NCBI GenBank assembly: GCA_963822965.1
Contig: CAWGJT010000010.1
Span: forward strand, 1-64,000
Reading direction: 5' to 3'
DNA length: 64,000 nucleotides
DNA from: an uncultured delta proteobacterium
GTDB lineage: Bacteria; Myxococcota_A; UBA9160; UBA4427
The first letter of the stretch is position 1. Each line of letters starts with the position of its first letter. Below are positions 62,589 through 64,000 of this stretch, one piece after another. The notes beneath the pieces are model-generated. The model ran no database searches. It had not been told where the DNA came from and was given only the letters and a program-made list of their open reading frames with translations. The translations under genes were made by a program, and so were the position numbers.

Positions 62589-64000
62589 CTAGGACGCGGG
62601 AGGGGTGTCGCTCGCTGGCGGCGGCTCTCGGCTCGTCTCGAGCTTGCGGGCCTCGCGGTCGAGTGCGGCCTGGCCGCCCGCGCGCTGCGCCGTGATGGCG
62701 GTGCGGATCGTGTCCAGCTCCTCTTCGTCGGGCTCGCGCACGCCGGGGATCCAGGCAAAGAGGTGCGAGGCGGACTCCGCGAAGAAGCCCGGCGCGGGGC
62801 GTTCGTTCGTCAGGTAGACGATGCGCTTGCCGATCGTGTAGGTGATGACCGTCGCGTTCGCGCTCGGTGCCGGCATCGAGCCCGCCTTCTCGATCCAACC
62901 CTTCGCGTCGGACGAGCTCTTCTTCGGGCCGGGCGCCCAGAAGAAGCGCGTGCCCTGCTTCTCGGCGTAGACGCCTTCGGGCCGATAGGTGGTGGCGTAG
63001 ACGACGACGTCCGGGGCGACCTCGTACATCAGTACCGGTGCGGACGTCACCTGCGCCTCGGGCAGCGCGGATCCGGATCCGGAGGTGGAGCTCGTGGTGC
63101 TCGAGGGTCCGAGCGCGATGGTCGTGTGGATCACCGTGACGTTGCTGCACCCGTAGATCGGCGTGCCGTAGGCGCTGTGCCACGTCTGGACGCTGCCGTA
63201 GGGACACGAGTACCAGCCGTAGTAGTAGGGGTAGTAGTAGTACGGCTCGATGTAGTAGTGGTTGATGTCCGTCTTGACCGTACCTCCGTAGCAGGTGCCG
63301 CCGCTGCAGTGGGCGCGCCCGTAGGTGACGCTGTCACCGTCGGTCGCCGCGCCGCGCGCGTAGACGTCGCCGCCGTCCTTCACGATGGTCCCGGCAGCGG
63401 CGCCCTCCTTGCCGACGACGGCCCCTTGCGCGATGAAGCCGTCGTCGGTCTTCTTGACGACCCCGGCGCTCTCGGCGTCGACGCCGGTGCTCGTCTTGAC
63501 GCTGCCCTCGCGCTCGACCCAGTCTCCGTTCCGCTCGGAGGAGGCGGTGCGTTCGATCGTCTCGCCCTTCGCGTTCTCGGCCTGTCGCGAACGGTCGACG
63601 CCCTGCACCTGGCCGTCCTTGACCTGGATCTTCGCGCTGCCGCTGCCGGAGGCTCCGGACGTGGAGCTCCAGGAGCCCTCGCGGGTCAAGCCGTCCTCGC
63701 CCCGCGTGACGCTGCTCTCCCAATCGACGCTCTCGCCCCGGCGGTTCTCGAAGCTTCCGCTGTTCGATCGCGACTCGCCGGCCCGACCGTAGCCGCTCTG
63801 CCCGCTGGCTCGACTCCCCTGGCCGGACCCCCTCGAGCCGCCGCCCGCGCGCGAGCGGTCGTAGCCGCCGATCGATCCGTTCCGCGCCGCGCCGCCGCGC
63901 GAGAAGCCTCCCGATCCGCCGCCACCCCGAGCGCCGCCCCCGAATCCGCCGCCGCCCCCGCGTCCGCCCCCACCGCGGGCAGCCAGATCTCCCGGTGCCG
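62589..64000 (-). CDS. Gly-rich hypothetical protein (5' partial)
   Basis: The frame of ORF 62589..63689 stays open to the window edge, encoding RGGGG-rich sequence. Contains a Tyr-rich motif YYYYPYYYGWY. Confidence 0.65.
   Translation of the reverse strand, partial: APGDLAARGGGGRGGGGGFGGGARGGGGSGGFSRGGAARNGSIGGYDRSRAGGGSRGSGQGSRASGQSGYGRAGESRSNSGSFENRRGESVDWESSVTRGEDGLTREGSWSSTSGASGSGSAKIQVKDGQVQGVDRSRQAENAKGETIERTASSERNGDWVEREGSVKTSTGVDAESAGVVKKTDDGFIAQGAVVGKEGAAAGTIVKDGGDVYARGAATDGDSVTYGRAHCSGGTCYGGTVKTDINHYYIEPYYYYPYYYGWYSCPYGSVQTWHSAYGTPIYGCSNVTVIHTTIALGPSSTTSSTSGSGSALPEAQVTSAPVLMYEVAPDVVVYATTYRPEGVYAEKQGTRFFWAPGPKKSSSDAKGWIEKAGSMPAPSANATVITYTIGKRIVYLTNERPAPGFFAESASHLFAWIPGVREPDEEELDTIRTAITAQRAGGQAALDREARKLETSREPPPASDTPPAS

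Overview
High-GC bacterial window. The PEP-CTERM-like, PEGA, PilZ and CNGLDDDC-repeat proteins suggest a Myxococcota-like or deltaproteobacterial lineage (inference only). About 1-20.4 kb is an accessory defence island with many frameshifts. It holds (i) a coiled-coil McrB-type GTPase, a DUF2357/McrC-like gene and a large Hsp70-like/winged-helix gene; (ii) a truncated hsdM; (iii) a SauUSI-like PLD-helicase-DUF3427 enzyme, head-to-head with a coupled operon of an MTase-like protein, a MazG-like pyrophosphatase, a DUF2075 nuclease-helicase and a PD-(D/E)XK nuclease; and (iv) CoiA-like and HNH nucleases, a degenerate tRNA 3' half, and a Fic gene whose centre is replaced by an RHH/nucleotidyltransferase toxin-antitoxin-like cassette. 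The rest looks chromosomal: twin DUF222-like HNH genes with a conserved promoter, a methyltransferase-HNH fusion plus an SprT-like gene, redox and hydrolase genes, glycosyltransferases, PEP-CTERM surface proteins including a 1934-aa Cys/Asp repeat protein behind a TPR beta-barrel and a FecR-like gene, WS/DGAT and a SET-domain gene. There are several short tandem arrays, but no CRISPR array, rRNA, intact tRNA, integrase or transposase was seen. All family calls come from motif recognition by eye, not database searches.
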